A stretch of 32,000 nt of DNA from Rhizobium phage RHph_N17. Made by a program: the position numbers and the translations under genes. Shown here in pieces: positions 1-9,839 of the stretch (position 1 is the first letter of the stretch; each line of letters opens with the position of its first letter). Below the pieces are notes generated by a model. It had not been told where the DNA came from, did not search any database, and saw nothing but the letters and a program-made list of their open reading frames with translations. The DNA lies in sequence record MN988530.1. One strand, 5' to 3'.

Positions 1-1
1 C

Positions 2-433
2 ACCGCAGGTCACATGGCCAATACGCTCATCGATATCGGCGGGCAGGTCTTCGTTGCCGAAGGTTCGACACTGACGCCGAACGTCTTCATTGACGAGATC
101 CACGCCACCGACTGGATCATCGCTCGCACCGAGGAACAGACGCTCGGCGTCTTGCTCAACAATGCCCGCGTTCCTTTCACCAACTCGGGGATGGAGCTTC
201 TCGCCTCGGGTGCCCGAACCGTCATGCGTGTTGCCGACCGCGCTGGTCTCATTGCCAACGATGATAGGGACGACCTGGGCAACTTCCGCCCCGCCGTCGC
301 CTTCACCATCCCGGATGTATTCAGTGTACCGGAATCACAGCGTAAGGCTCGTATCGCCCCGCCGATTGCGGTCACCTTCCGTTACGCCGGCGCGGTGCAT
401 TACACGACCATCAACTACAACATGACCTTCTAA
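2..433 (+). CDS. C-terminal part of a tail sheath-like / DUF3383-type phage structural protein (5' truncated by the window)
   Basis: The frame is open from the window edge to the stop at 433. The C terminus (PPIAVTFRYAGAVHYTTINYNMTF) and position directly before tube and chaperone genes fit a sheath-like protein. Confidence 0.55.
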   Translation, partial: TAGHMANTLIDIGGQVFVAEGSTLTPNVFIDEIHATDWIIARTEEQTLGVLLNNARVPFTNSGMELLASGARTVMRVADRAGLIANDDRDDLGNFRPAVAFTIPDVFSVPESQRKARIAPPIAVTFRYAGAVHYTTINYNMTF

Positions 434-461
434 GGTCCGGGCATCCACAGGAGATCAACAA

Positions 462-896
462 GTGACCCAGTCCTCGGCTTATAGCATGAAGAATGTGGCG
501 GCGACCGTGAACGGTCAGCCCGTCATTGGCTTTTGGGACGGCGATGACGCCGTCTCGGTCGCCCCACTCGCGGATGTCGGGCAGATGATGGTTGGGGCCG
601 ATGGCTCCAGCATCTTCTCGCAATCGGCGAACGAAGGCGCGACCATCACCTTGCGTCTGCAGCACACTTCGCCGACCCACAAGCTGCTCATGCAGCAGAT
701 GGCTCTGCAGCGTGCTCGCGGCATCCGCTTGACAGGCTTCCCGGTTTCGGTGATCGATACCGACAGCCAGGAAGGCGGCTCGACGGACCAGGCGTTCATT
801 CAACAGGCCCCGACCGATACCAAGGGCGTCAATGCCCAGGCACGGGAATGGGTTCTGGTGACCGGTTCTTGGCGTCCGCAGGCCTCCAACGCCTAA
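462..896 (+). CDS. Tail tube-like protein (DUF3277-type)
   Basis: 144 aa ORF with DUF3277-like character (MKNVAATVNGQPVIGFWDGDDAVSV...GADGSSIFSQSANEGATITLRLQHTSPTHKLL), located between the sheath-like gene and the chaperone gene. Confidence 0.6.
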   Translation: MTQSSAYSMKNVAATVNGQPVIGFWDGDDAVSVAPLADVGQMMVGADGSSIFSQSANEGATITLRLQHTSPTHKLLMQQMALQRARGIRLTGFPVSVIDTDSQEGGSTDQAFIQQAPTDTKGVNAQAREWVLVTGSWRPQASNA

Positions 897-942
897 CCCC
901 TGAAAATAAACCAGCCCCAACTTACGAAGAGGACAAACTAAC

Positions 943-1380
943 ATGGCGGAGACAAAAATTGGCAACCGGGCGTTCAAGGTCCAACCAATGCTCGCTACCA
1001 AGGCACTGGTTCTGCAAGGCCGTCTTCTCAAAGCATTTGGCCCCGCTGCTTCGAAGCTCGGCGAGATGCTCAAAAGCCGCGGCGACGATGTGCCGGAAGA
1101 ACAACGCGAAGCAGCACAAGCCGCGGCACTGGCTGCGCTCGGCGAAGTGTTGACGCGGCTCGACCCTTACGAGTACGCCAGCTTGGTCAGCGATATCGTC
1201 GCGGTTTCGCAGATCCAGCGCGGCAATGGCCAGTACATGGCCGCCGACCTGGACGGCGATTTCAGCGAGAACCCGGAAGACATCATTCCCGTTGTTCTCT
1301 TCGTGCTGAGGACGCAGTTCGGCAGTTTTTTCAAAGGACTGCCGGGGCTTGGGAACCTCGGGGCGCTGGCTCGGGGTTAA
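943..1380 (+). CDS. Tail assembly chaperone, zero-frame product (lambda gpG-like role)
   Basis: 145 aa ORF immediately upstream of the tape measure gene, with a slippery heptamer T_TTT_TTC near its 3' end. Confidence 0.65.
   Translation: MAETKIGNRAFKVQPMLATKALVLQGRLLKAFGPAASKLGEMLKSRGDDVPEEQREAAQAAALAALGEVLTRLDPYEYASLVSDIVAVSQIQRGNGQYMAADLDGDFSENPEDIIPVVLFVLRTQFGSFFKGLPGLGNLGALARG
1326..1361 (+). promoter_or_regulatory. Programmed -1 ribosomal frameshift site: slippery heptamer plus downstream stem
   Basis: T_TTT_TTC at 1326-1332 in the zero frame; 9-nt spacer; stem CCGGGG (1342-1347) with CCTCGG (1356-1361), one G-U pair. Confidence 0.6.
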
Positions 1381-1589
1381 CCGAGACCCAGATCCAAAGG
1401 GTGGCCCCGAACCTGAACCTCTTCCTGTGGAGGCCTATCATGTCCGAGCCACCCATTTACACCCAAAAAGATTTGCATACCTGGGTAACACTCGAGGATG
1501 TTTTTGACGCCCATGAAGCCCTCGACCTGAAAGGCGCGATGAGCGAGAAGGCCGCCCGGGATGCTGAACTGCAGAAGAACAAGCGCTGA
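1332..1589 (+). CDS. Minus-one frame extension of the tail assembly chaperone (gpGT-like fusion tail)
   Basis: The -1 frame is open continuously from the slippery site at 1326-1332 to the stop at 1589 (QRTAGAWEPRGAGSGLTETQIQRVAPNLNLFLWRPIMSEPPIYTQKDLHTWVTLEDVFDAHEALDLKGAMSEKAARDAELQKNKR). An independent start at ATG 1440 is an alternative. Confidence 0.6.
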   Translation, partial: QRTAGAWEPRGAGSGLTETQIQRVAPNLNLFLWRPIMSEPPIYTQKDLHTWVTLEDVFDAHEALDLKGAMSEKAARDAELQKNKR

Positions 1590-1598
1590 GGACCTGGA

Positions 1599-3332
1599 AT
1601 GGCAACGGTAATTGATGAACTGATTGCCCTTCTCGGGTACAAGATCGAAGGCGAAGCGGACCTCAAGCGGTTCAACAAAGGCCTAGATTCCCTTGAGAAG
1701 AAGGCGTATGCCGTGGGCAAGGCCCTCGGCACGTTCGCTGTTGCTGCGGCCGCTGTCACAACGACGGCGTTTGCCGCCCTCGGCAAGAGCGTGATTGAGA
1801 CTTCGGCCCAATTTGAGGGCTACCAAGCGACGCTCGAGACTATCGAGGGAAGCGCCGACAAGGCGAAGAAGTCGCTCGCCTGGATCTCCGAGTTTGCGAA
1901 GACAACACCTTACGACGTTGCAGGGGTCACCGAGGCGTTTGTTAAGCTAAAAGCCTACGGGTTGGACCCGATGGACGGCAGCATGGTCGCTCTCGGCGAC
2001 GCCGCGTCCGGCATGGGCAAGACGCTTAATCAAGCGGTCGAGGCGATGGCGGATGCCGTCACCGGCGAGAACGAGCGCCTGAAAGAATTTGGCATCACCA
2101 CATCTGTTGCCGGCGACAAAATCACTTATACTTGGCGTCAGAACGGCAAGGAAATGACCAAGACGCTCAAGAAAAACGGCGTCGAGATCGCCAAATTCTT
2201 GCGCGACAACTTCGAAGGTCGCTTTGCTGGCGCGATGATCCGCCAGTCGAAAACGTGGAACGGGATGATCTCGAACCTCGGCGACACCTGGACGGGCTTC
2301 CAAAGGATGATCGGCGACGCCGGATTCTTTGAGGCCGTCAAGGGGCAGCTGGGCCGTCTTATGGATTACCTGGGCTCGCTGCAAGCAGATGGGACCATGC
2401 AGAAGTGGGCCAAGCGTTTCAGCGATGTGTTTATCACGGTCACCAATGGGGCTGCGGCATTTGTTGAGCGCATCATCTTCCACTTCACATCCATTCAAGG
2501 ATGGATCGACAACCATCCCGACATGTTCAAGGGCTTGCTAACCGCCCTCGGCGTTTTGGCTGCTTTTAGATTTCCCCGAACATTTGCGCTCCTAGTACTC
2601 GAAGACCTCTTGACGTGGTTCGAGGGAGGGGATAGTGTCATCGGGAGAATTGCAAAATCTCTTTCTGATTTGACCGGCATCGATGTTGGCACGTTGGAAA
2701 AGATAATCGCTGCCCTTACTGGCATGGCGGCTTTTGCAACGATTGCAGGAGGCGTTTCCGGGCTCGCCACGGCTATCAGCTTGTTGGCGTCCGCCCTAAC
2801 CGCCCTTGGTGGGTCTGGTGTCGCCGCAGGTATTGCGAATCTTGGAAAAGTGAAAGGCGCGTCCGGCGCAGCCGGAGCAGCAAGTGGTGGATTAATGGGT
2901 TGGCTTGGTCGAGCAGGAGCTACGTTGAGTGCGGGAGCGCTCGGCCTCGGGGCGGCCCTGACCCTTGGTGGAAATGGCGAGCTCAACGCTCTTCCAAAAG
3001 ACAAGATCCAAGAGATGTTGGATGCGCAAAAGAAGAAGTATGAATCTTCAAGCGCTGCTCCAGCAGAGGTGCCCATGACCGCGGCACAGGCAGTTTCCAA
3101 CGCCATGGCAAATGCAGCGAAAGCCAAACCGAGCGTTGCCGGGGCCCAGGTCACGAACACCGACAACAGCAACCGTAGCGTTACCAACAACATCACGACC
3201 AGCATCCAGCAGAATGTCACCCAGGCGACAGACGCGCCGGGCGCGGCGGCTTCTGCAACAGCGGATGCGGTGAATAAAGCGGCCCAGCCCGCTAGGATGC
3301 AGGGGAGCGCGGCAGGCAGCGGGGCATTTTAA
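1599..3332 (+). CDS. Tape measure protein
   Basis: 577 aa, N-terminal tape-measure-like region (SVIETSAQFEGYQATLETIEGSADKAKKSLAWISEFAKTTPYDVAGVTEAFVKLKAYGLDP), hydrophobic middle region, location after the chaperone genes. Confidence 0.85.
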   Translation: MATVIDELIALLGYKIEGEADLKRFNKGLDSLEKKAYAVGKALGTFAVAAAAVTTTAFAALGKSVIETSAQFEGYQATLETIEGSADKAKKSLAWISEFAKTTPYDVAGVTEAFVKLKAYGLDPMDGSMVALGDAASGMGKTLNQAVEAMADAVTGENERLKEFGITTSVAGDKITYTWRQNGKEMTKTLKKNGVEIAKFLRDNFEGRFAGAMIRQSKTWNGMISNLGDTWTGFQRMIGDAGFFEAVKGQLGRLMDYLGSLQADGTMQKWAKRFSDVFITVTNGAAAFVERIIFHFTSIQGWIDNHPDMFKGLLTALGVLAAFRFPRTFALLVLEDLLTWFEGGDSVIGRIAKSLSDLTGIDVGTLEKIIAALTGMAAFATIAGGVSGLATAISLLASALTALGGSGVAAGIANLGKVKGASGAAGAASGGLMGWLGRAGATLSAGALGLGAALTLGGNGELNALPKDKIQEMLDAQKKKYESSSAAPAEVPMTAAQAVSNAMANAAKAKPSVAGAQVTNTDNSNRSVTNNITTSIQQNVTQATDAPGAAASATADAVNKAAQPARMQGSAAGSGAF

Positions 3333-3955
3333 TGACGGCGATCATCTTTTCCAACACAATCGGCCCCGTTCCGATCTCTGTGGTAATTGCCGAGGACCAT
3401 GAATCCACCATCGGCATCACCGAGCAGCCGGTTGAAACAGGGGCGAAGATCACGGATCATGCCTACGTTGAACCGAAGAAGCTTTCGCTCGAGTTCGCCG
3501 ACGACAACGCAGTTGCAACCTATAATGCGCTGGTTCGCTTTCAGGAAAGCCGCGTGCCTTTCACCCTGATCTCGGGTTTGTATGTCTACAACAATATGCT
3601 AATCCGAGCAATCAACGTCACTCGAGACGTCACCTTTTCACGGGTTCTGTCCGGTCGAGTTGACTTGCAAGAAGTCATCATCGTCAGTACAGCTTACGTA
3701 TCGACCGAGGGCGAGCAGAACGACGCCCAAAGCTCAGGCAAAGCGGGCGGGAAGAAAAGCTCCCAGTCAGCGCGCCCGACCACAGAACGTGCCGGCGATA
3801 CGAAAACGGGCGACCGAGCGGCCGGAACGACCATGCGTGGCGATGCAGGGGCCACGACAATCGAGCCCTCTCGCAATTCTTCGATTCTTAATAGCTTGAC
3901 AAGCAGCTCGCCAGGTACCGTGAGCCGCCCACCCGGAGGTCGGCCTGCGCCATGA
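3332..3955 (+). CDS. Dit-like / baseplate-associated tail protein
   Basis: 207 aa; N-terminal domain PVETGAKITDHAYVEPKKLSLEFA resembles Dit-like N domains; located directly after the tape measure gene. Confidence 0.55.
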   Translation: MTAIIFSNTIGPVPISVVIAEDHESTIGITEQPVETGAKITDHAYVEPKKLSLEFADDNAVATYNALVRFQESRVPFTLISGLYVYNNMLIRAINVTRDVTFSRVLSGRVDLQEVIIVSTAYVSTEGEQNDAQSSGKAGGKKSSQSARPTTERAGDTKTGDRAAGTTMRGDAGATTIEPSRNSSILNSLTSSSPGTVSRPPGGRPAP

Positions 3956-4281
3956 AAGAGTTTCCTATCATCGATGTGGCCGACCAGCAGTTTGGCGCGA
4001 TTCTTAACGACCGTCGCGTGACACTTCGCGTTCGCTATAACCCGACAACCGAGCGGTGGAACTTTGATCTTTCGATTGATGACGTTCCAGTGCTTTACGG
4101 GCGGCGCATAGTCACCGGGATCGATCTGCTATCCGCTTTCAACTTCGATATCGGTTTGATCTTCGCCGTTGCTGTGACCCCGGATTCGGTTCCGGATCGC
4201 TCGGGCTTGCCGGCAGGGTTGGTTCGGCTGTATCACGCAACGGACGAAGAATACGAGGCGGCGCTTGGAACAGTATCTTAG
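3952..4281 (+). CDS. Baseplate plug-like small protein
   Basis: 109 aa; FPIIDVADQQFGAILNDRRVTLRVRYNPTTERWNFDLSIDDVPVLYGRRIVTGIDLL pattern of phage baseplate plug family proteins; 4-nt overlap with the previous gene. Confidence 0.6.
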   Translation: MKEFPIIDVADQQFGAILNDRRVTLRVRYNPTTERWNFDLSIDDVPVLYGRRIVTGIDLLSAFNFDIGLIFAVAVTPDSVPDRSGLPAGLVRLYHATDEEYEAALGTVS

Positions 4282-5164
4282 GAAGGTTCGCCTTACGGCA
4301 AAGGGTAAAGGGGGTTCGATTGTTATCAATCCGGGTGCCCTCTCGATGCATGAGCTCAAGATCGCCTTTACGATCACCAAGAGCATCAGCTCGACCCAAA
4401 ACAGCGCCAGCATCCGAATTTGGAATCTCTCTGAGGCGACCCGTTATGCGCTCGGCAAAGAGCTCGATGATGTGACGCTTGAAGCAGGTTATTACCCGCC
4501 CGAGGGCGGCAACAATGTCGGAATCATCTTCAATGGGCAGATCCGAGATATCGAGCACAGCCGAGAAGGCAACGATATCATTTCCGAACTGTCTTGCGGG
4601 GATGCCGACAAGGCTTTTCGTCATGCGACCATCGCAAAGACCTACCCGAAAGGCACCGAAGTCAAGACAGTCGTAGACGACATTTATAAAGAGCTCGCCA
4701 AGGACGGTGTGACGAAGGGTGAATGGAAATTCCCCGACAACACGCCGACATTCAAACGACCCTACAGCGTATGCGGGACTTGCAAGCGTGAGCTCGATAC
4801 GTTGGGCAGGGGCAAGGATTTTTATTGGTCCGTGCAAAACGGCGTGATGGAGGTGGTGCCTGGGAACGGGTTCATCGGCGGGGTCGTCATGTTGTCTTCG
4901 CAGACCGGGCTGGTCGATACGCCGTCCATCACCGACAACGGGGTTAAGGCCAAAGCCCTGCTCAACCCTGAGATTCGCCCTAACCGGCGCGTCCAAATCA
5001 TCAGCGAAGTTCTTGAAATGAACGCCGAGAACGGAATGTACAGAGTGGGCGAGTGCACGTACTCGGGTGACAACCGGGATGGATCCGAGTTCCATGTGTC
5101 CTTCACAGGGGAGGCGATCAAGGGCGGTAAGGTCGATGAAGGCACCTGGAAGGATTTGAAATGA
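4265..5164 (+). CDS. Baseplate hub-like protein (probable TTG start)
   Basis: 299 aa; LKIAFTITKSISSTQNSASIRIWNLS pattern plus synteny with the spike gene. The ORF-track start codon is TTG. Confidence 0.6.
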   Translation: MEQYLRKVRLTAKGKGGSIVINPGALSMHELKIAFTITKSISSTQNSASIRIWNLSEATRYALGKELDDVTLEAGYYPPEGGNNVGIIFNGQIRDIEHSREGNDIISELSCGDADKAFRHATIAKTYPKGTEVKTVVDDIYKELAKDGVTKGEWKFPDNTPTFKRPYSVCGTCKRELDTLGRGKDFYWSVQNGVMEVVPGNGFIGGVVMLSSQTGLVDTPSITDNGVKAKALLNPEIRPNRRVQIISEVLEMNAENGMYRVGECTYSGDNRDGSEFHVSFTGEAIKGGKVDEGTWKDLK

Positions 5165-5823
5165 CCGGCAGACTTGGCAAAACGACGTCTTTCCAGGATG
5201 ACACGATTGGGGCGAAGACGCTCGATGAGCGCAACGCGCAGTGGGGTGAGATCCCGGGTAAGATTGTCAGCTTCGACCCAGCCACGCAAACGGCGACAAT
5301 TCAGCCGCTTTATAAGCCCAGGTTCAACGGGATCCCTGTGGACATGCCCGAGCTGCTGGAAGTCCCTGTCCGGTTCACCCGGGCGGGCGGCGGAGCGATC
5401 ACATTCCCGGTCGCGGCTGGTGACAAGGTGACTTTGCGTCCACAGATGCGCTCGAGCGAAAATTACCTAGTTGATGACGACGGTTCGGCGAGCGATCAAC
5501 GGTCATTTAACCTCTCGGACATGGAGGCCTTTCTTGACGGCGGTGAAACGCTCGGCGAGGCAATGCCCAACTTCGATTCCGAGAACATGCATCTGCGTGC
5601 CAACCCGGATGGATCCTTCGGCATAAAGGCTTCCGCCGATGGTAAATTCCGCATTGACGGATCCGAGGGCAATGTTTACGATCTCAAAACATCGGGCCTC
5701 GAGCTCGCGGCGGAAGGTTTCACGCTCCTGGGCACAGAGGGCCTCGACCATTCTCCGCGGTATGCTGAGATCGGTGATGAGCTTTATGAGATCGTCGGCA
5801 AGCTAAGGGCAATGCAACTTTGA
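5161..5823 (+). CDS. Gp138-family-like membrane-puncturing baseplate spike
   Basis: 220 aa; PGKIVSFDPATQTATIQPLYKP...ELLEVPVRFTRAGGGAITFPVAAGDKVTL is typical of the Gp138 N-terminal OB-like domain. Confidence 0.7.
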   Translation: MTGRLGKTTSFQDDTIGAKTLDERNAQWGEIPGKIVSFDPATQTATIQPLYKPRFNGIPVDMPELLEVPVRFTRAGGGAITFPVAAGDKVTLRPQMRSSENYLVDDDGSASDQRSFNLSDMEAFLDGGETLGEAMPNFDSENMHLRANPDGSFGIKASADGKFRIDGSEGNVYDLKTSGLELAAEGFTLLGTEGLDHSPRYAEIGDELYEIVGKLRAMQL

Positions 5824-6182
5824 GCAACCATATCGGTCTGGCGATTGATCCCACCACCAACGACCTGTTTCTTGACGGTTCGAAGTCGCTCGCCATTGTC
5901 GAGGACGCCGAGGCTGTTGGTCAGCACGTCCGCCAGCGTCTCATGACCTTCCACGGCGAATGGTTCCTTGACACCGAGGCAGGGGTCAAGTGGTTGACCC
6001 AAATCATGGGCAGAGCATACGACCCAGCACTTGCGGAAGCCGTCGTAAAAGCCGAGGTTCTTGACACGGACGGGGTGACAGGGATCGAAGGGTTCGACAT
6101 TGGTTACGTAAGGGATCTGCGAAAGCTCGATATCAAGGGCATTCAAGTCTCAACGATTTACGAGGAAGAGGTTTCGGTATGA
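5820..6182 (+). CDS. gp25/W-like or DUF2634-like baseplate wedge protein
   Basis: 120 aa; GDGSKSLAIVEDAEAVGQHVRQRLMTFHGEWFLDTEAGVKW-like pattern (observed as LDGSKSLAIVEDAEAVGQHVRQRLMTFHGEWFLDTEAGVKW) of gp25/W family wedge proteins. Confidence 0.7.
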   Translation: MSNHIGLAIDPTTNDLFLDGSKSLAIVEDAEAVGQHVRQRLMTFHGEWFLDTEAGVKWLTQIMGRAYDPALAEAVVKAEVLDTDGVTGIEGFDIGYVRDLRKLDIKGIQVSTIYEEEVSV

Positions 6183-7060
6183 CAACTTACGGCGTTATCC
6201 CGGAAGGCTTTAACCGCAAGCCGTTGGCGACTGCCCTTGCTGAGATGCAGGCATCTCTTGTCACCGAGTTCGGTCCGGATGTCATTCAGACGCCGCAGTC
6301 GCCGCTTGGGCAGATTAACGGTTTGATGGCCGACCTGGTCACCCAGCTTTGGGAGCTCGCCGAAGACATTTATCAATCATACGATCCCGACCAAGCCGAA
6401 GGCACCCGCCTCGATACGCTGGGATCTATTCGCTTGATCGCTCGACAGGTCGGCGAATCTGACGCTTCGTTTCGACAGGCGATCACGAATGCAGGCCAGG
6501 CCCGAGTTGACCTCCAGGATATCGAGCGCGCAATCGCTGCAATCGATGGCGTTACCTACTACAAGGTCTGGGTCAATGACACCGGCGAGCTCGACGCAAA
6601 CGGCATGCCAGCCGGTTCGGTCTGTATTGCCGTGACAGGTGGCGACGATTCCGAGATCGGGGCGGCCATTCGTCAATATGTCGTCCCAGGTGTTACCGTC
6701 TACGGGAACACTACGGTTGAAAGTCTCATCGATGGGTACTGCCGCAGCTTCCGCGTATTGCGACCCATTGATGTTCCGGTCACCCTGACCGTTACAATCA
6801 ACAAGTTTCGCGACAACGCCGGTTGCCCGCCGCCCTCGGATGCGGCAATCAAGAGCTTCTTGGTTAGCAATATTCACTTCTTGAACGGCGAAGACGTCAC
6901 CTATTACAAGATTCGCTCACTGCTTGAGTCCCAATTCGCCAACGTTGAAGTCCTTTCGATCATGGGATCCAGAGACGGACTCCCTGAAAGTGCAACCGTT
7001 GATATCGGGTTCATCGAAAGGGCCTCTCTCGCAACTAACAGCGTCACGGTGGTTTCATGA
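6179..7060 (+). CDS. Baseplate J-like protein
   Basis: 293 aa; GLMADLVTQLWELAEDIYQSYDPDQAEGTRLDTLGSIRLIARQ and downstream domain order of baseplate J proteins. Confidence 0.8.
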   Translation: MTTYGVIPEGFNRKPLATALAEMQASLVTEFGPDVIQTPQSPLGQINGLMADLVTQLWELAEDIYQSYDPDQAEGTRLDTLGSIRLIARQVGESDASFRQAITNAGQARVDLQDIERAIAAIDGVTYYKVWVNDTGELDANGMPAGSVCIAVTGGDDSEIGAAIRQYVVPGVTVYGNTTVESLIDGYCRSFRVLRPIDVPVTLTVTINKFRDNAGCPPPSDAAIKSFLVSNIHFLNGEDVTYYKIRSLLESQFANVEVLSIMGSRDGLPESATVDIGFIERASLATNSVTVVS

Positions 7061-7857
7061 GCTGCGTTGACGAAAGCGTTTTGATCGATGAAAGGATCTC
7101 GCGGATTCTCACGCAGTACCGCGAGAGCCCTAAGCTTCTGCACGTTATCAAAACCTACCTGTCCCAGGTTGCTAACATCTATTCCGCGATCTGCGACATG
7201 CCGTCGTTCTTCGATCTCAACACCGCGGTCGGCGACCAGTTGACCCTGCTCGGCAAGCGAATGGGATTCCCGCGCTGCCATTGCGTTTGCGATACGCAAC
7301 CCGTCTTCGGCTTCTCTTGTGGTGACGAAAGCCCGGGCGAGGTGCAGATTCTTGGTTTTTGCGAGGGGGTCACCTGGGAATCGTGTGGCGATAACGACAT
7401 CTCGGAAATCTGCATCGTTGATGATGACCTTTACCGGCGTCTGCTGATCTCGAGATCCTATCAAATAAGCGCTCGGTACAGCATTGCCGACCTTACCAAG
7501 GCTCTCCAAGCGATCTATGGTGAAACGGCAATGGTGTTGGATGCCGGGCACGGCCGAGTTGTTCTCGCCCCTTTCAGGGAGTTGACGGACGCCGAGATCG
7601 CCATCCTACAGATCGTCCCTCGAGTGCTTCCAGTCGCACCGGGCATTACCACAAGGTGGCACTTCGGCACCTTTGCAGTGTTCGGCTTTGGTGAAGGATG
7701 GGGAAGCTTTTGCGAAGAATGGGAGCCCACCGGGGCTTTGATTGACTTGGGCACCGGCGTGCTCGCCACCGAAGGTGGAGATTACATTACAACCGGCCCC
7801 CTCACCCGAGGAGCGGATTGGATGTGTGAGATCGACCTGAAACCTTATTCCTGCTGA
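7057..7857 (+). CDS. DUF2612-like baseplate/tail protein
   Basis: 266 aa; DLNTAVGDQLTLLGKRMGFPR and YSIADLTKALQAIYG patterns, immediately after the J-like gene. Confidence 0.6.
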   Translation: MSCVDESVLIDERISRILTQYRESPKLLHVIKTYLSQVANIYSAICDMPSFFDLNTAVGDQLTLLGKRMGFPRCHCVCDTQPVFGFSCGDESPGEVQILGFCEGVTWESCGDNDISEICIVDDDLYRRLLISRSYQISARYSIADLTKALQAIYGETAMVLDAGHGRVVLAPFRELTDAEIAILQIVPRVLPVAPGITTRWHFGTFAVFGFGEGWGSFCEEWEPTGALIDLGTGVLATEGGDYITTGPLTRGADWMCEIDLKPYSC

Positions 7858-7869
7858 GGAGCGATTTTA

Positions 7870-8775
7870 ATGGCTGACTTTCAACCGCCTTGGGCAGATT
7901 CCGGAGAACGTCGCGAACCGACGACCGACGAGCAGGACAACGGCTTCGGATGCGGCGCAGCAAGCCTTCCCTTGTTCAACTGGATGTTTTGGGCAATCCA
8001 GTCCGAGATCAAGAACGTTCTCATCCCGGCCGGCTTGACCCCGTCCAACGCCGACATGACGCAGTTGAAGCAGGCGATCCAAATCATGATCGATGCTTCC
8101 ACAGGTGGCGGTGACCCGTCTGGTTACCTCACGTTGCTGCAAGCTCGAGCTCGCTTGCCCATCTTCCCGGAAGTGCTCTCTGCACCCTATCATTTCGGCG
8201 TCATTTCGCCGGGCACAGGCCAGGTCCGTGTCCCGTCCGGCGTCAACTTCCAGCATCGCGGGATCTATCCGGTGACGACCGTTCAAACGGATCTCGCCAC
8301 GGACCCGAGCAAGATCTATCACCTTCGCTGGTCGCCGACAGGGGGCTTCGCCCTCAAGGATCTTGCGAGCGGTGTTTACAACCCGTCTGCGCTCGCTGAA
8401 ACAAACGTGGCATTTGACACGACCTACGATGACATGCTGGTCGCTAGGGTCATCACGAACTCGTCCAACGTTCCGACAATCACGAATCTGATCAATAAAG
8501 ATCGGATTCATGACACGTTCGAAGACCTTGCTGCACCGACTTCGCTTTCGGGCGCAAACGGTTCGAACAGAACCGCACTCTTCACCTTCAACTACGCCCG
8601 TACCCCGAAGACCTCGGCCCATTGGTACTATATCGACTATGCTGGCGAGTACCCTGCCGGTAGCGGGGACCAGGATCAGCGGCTGGTTGAGACCATCACC
8701 CGCTATAACGATAGCATCGTTGCGATGTATGACTTCGCAACCCAAACGGGCATCAAGCTCCTGGCGGTGGCGTAA
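7870..8775 (+). CDS. Tail fiber-like protein
   Basis: 301 aa; N terminus MADFQPPWADSGERREPTTDEQDNGFGCGAASLPLFNWMFWAIQSEI is characteristic of phage fiber N-terminal regions; position after baseplate genes. Confidence 0.55.
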   Translation: MADFQPPWADSGERREPTTDEQDNGFGCGAASLPLFNWMFWAIQSEIKNVLIPAGLTPSNADMTQLKQAIQIMIDASTGGGDPSGYLTLLQARARLPIFPEVLSAPYHFGVISPGTGQVRVPSGVNFQHRGIYPVTTVQTDLATDPSKIYHLRWSPTGGFALKDLASGVYNPSALAETNVAFDTTYDDMLVARVITNSSNVPTITNLINKDRIHDTFEDLAAPTSLSGANGSNRTALFTFNYARTPKTSAHWYYIDYAGEYPAGSGDQDQRLVETITRYNDSIVAMYDFATQTGIKLLAVA

Positions 8776-9836
8776 TGGCTGATCTCAAGATTAGAATTGA
8801 CGCTCTCCCGTCAACGCTGCTCCCGTCGCTGAACCACGAGTTCCCGGCGATGAAAGACGGGTTGACAGTCAAGCTTAAGGTCCAACAGATCATCGATCTG
8901 TTGGTCAACGGGGCACCGACCGCTCTGGACACATGGCTGGAGCTCGTCTCGGCGATCCAGGCCGATCAATCGTCCATTACGTCGATCCTGACCGCGCTGG
9001 ATAACCGGCTTCGGTTCGACGCTGCCCAGGCGCTGACCGCCCTTCAAAAGGCCCAGGCAATCACCAATCTGGGCGCGTCGAACCTTTCCCCTGACTTCAT
9101 TCAGGGGATGCTCCTGACCAATGACGGCGGCAACCCGAACACTCATATCAACGTTGCCACAGGCTTCCTTAAGAGCGGTGGCGTCTTGTTGTCCAACGGG
9201 GCGACGCTGACCAAGCGGCTCGATCAAGCTTGGGCGGCCGGCACAGGGTCGGGCGGCCTCGATACGGGCGCAAAGGCGAATAGCACTACCTATTTTCTTT
9301 ATGCCCTGCAAAAGACATCGGACGGTTCCTTCGATTGGGTTTACTCGACCTCGGCGACGGTCGGCGGGGTCAGCACTACCTTGCTCGCAGGGTACACGGT
9401 GATTACCTGTATCGGCGCAGTGATCACCGATGCGAGCGGGAATATTCGCCAGTTCGTTATGAATAGTGGCGACGAGTACATTTGGGTGGGGCCGATTAAA
9501 GACGCGGTCAGCCTGGGCGTAAGCGCTACCTCTGCCCTCATCTCTCTGACCGTACCCAATGGGGTAAAAGCTAAAGCCAATTTGAGGTTTCAATACCAAT
9601 CAGCCTCAACTACCGCAGCCCTTTTGTTGAGCGACCCGTCCCAAGGAGTATTAACTGCCGGTCTCGGTAATGATGGTAGTAACGTTGGTACCATTCAAGC
9701 GGCTTCAAGTTACGCCGTGGGTGCAGACGAAATCTGGACCAATACTTCAAGACAGATCAGAGTGATAGCGGGAGCTAGTGGGAACCTGTGGCTCTGGACT
9801 GACGGTTTTATTTTCCCATGCAAAAGGATCGGATAA
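8775..9836 (+). CDS. Tail fiber / receptor-binding candidate
   Basis: 353 aa; N-terminal coiled/connector-like region, C-terminal beta-rich sequence; TAATG overlap with the preceding fiber gene. Confidence 0.5.
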   Translation: MADLKIRIDALPSTLLPSLNHEFPAMKDGLTVKLKVQQIIDLLVNGAPTALDTWLELVSAIQADQSSITSILTALDNRLRFDAAQALTALQKAQAITNLGASNLSPDFIQGMLLTNDGGNPNTHINVATGFLKSGGVLLSNGATLTKRLDQAWAAGTGSGGLDTGAKANSTTYFLYALQKTSDGSFDWVYSTSATVGGVSTTLLAGYTVITCIGAVITDASGNIRQFVMNSGDEYIWVGPIKDAVSLGVSATSALISLTVPNGVKAKANLRFQYQSASTTAALLLSDPSQGVLTAGLGNDGSNVGTIQAASSYAVGADEIWTNTSRQIRVIAGASGNLWLWTDGFIFPCKRIG

Positions 9837-9839
9837 CCT

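Noticed and set aside
4139-5095. Long leftward ORF (318 aa) antisense to the baseplate hub gene
   Set aside because: Fully antisense to a supported gene in a continuous rightward late operon, with no recognisable motifs.
7867-9599. Leftward ORFs 7867-8745 and 8811-9599 antisense to fiber genes
   Set aside because: They mirror the supported fiber ORFs in a GC-rich region and have no homology-like motifs or SD support.
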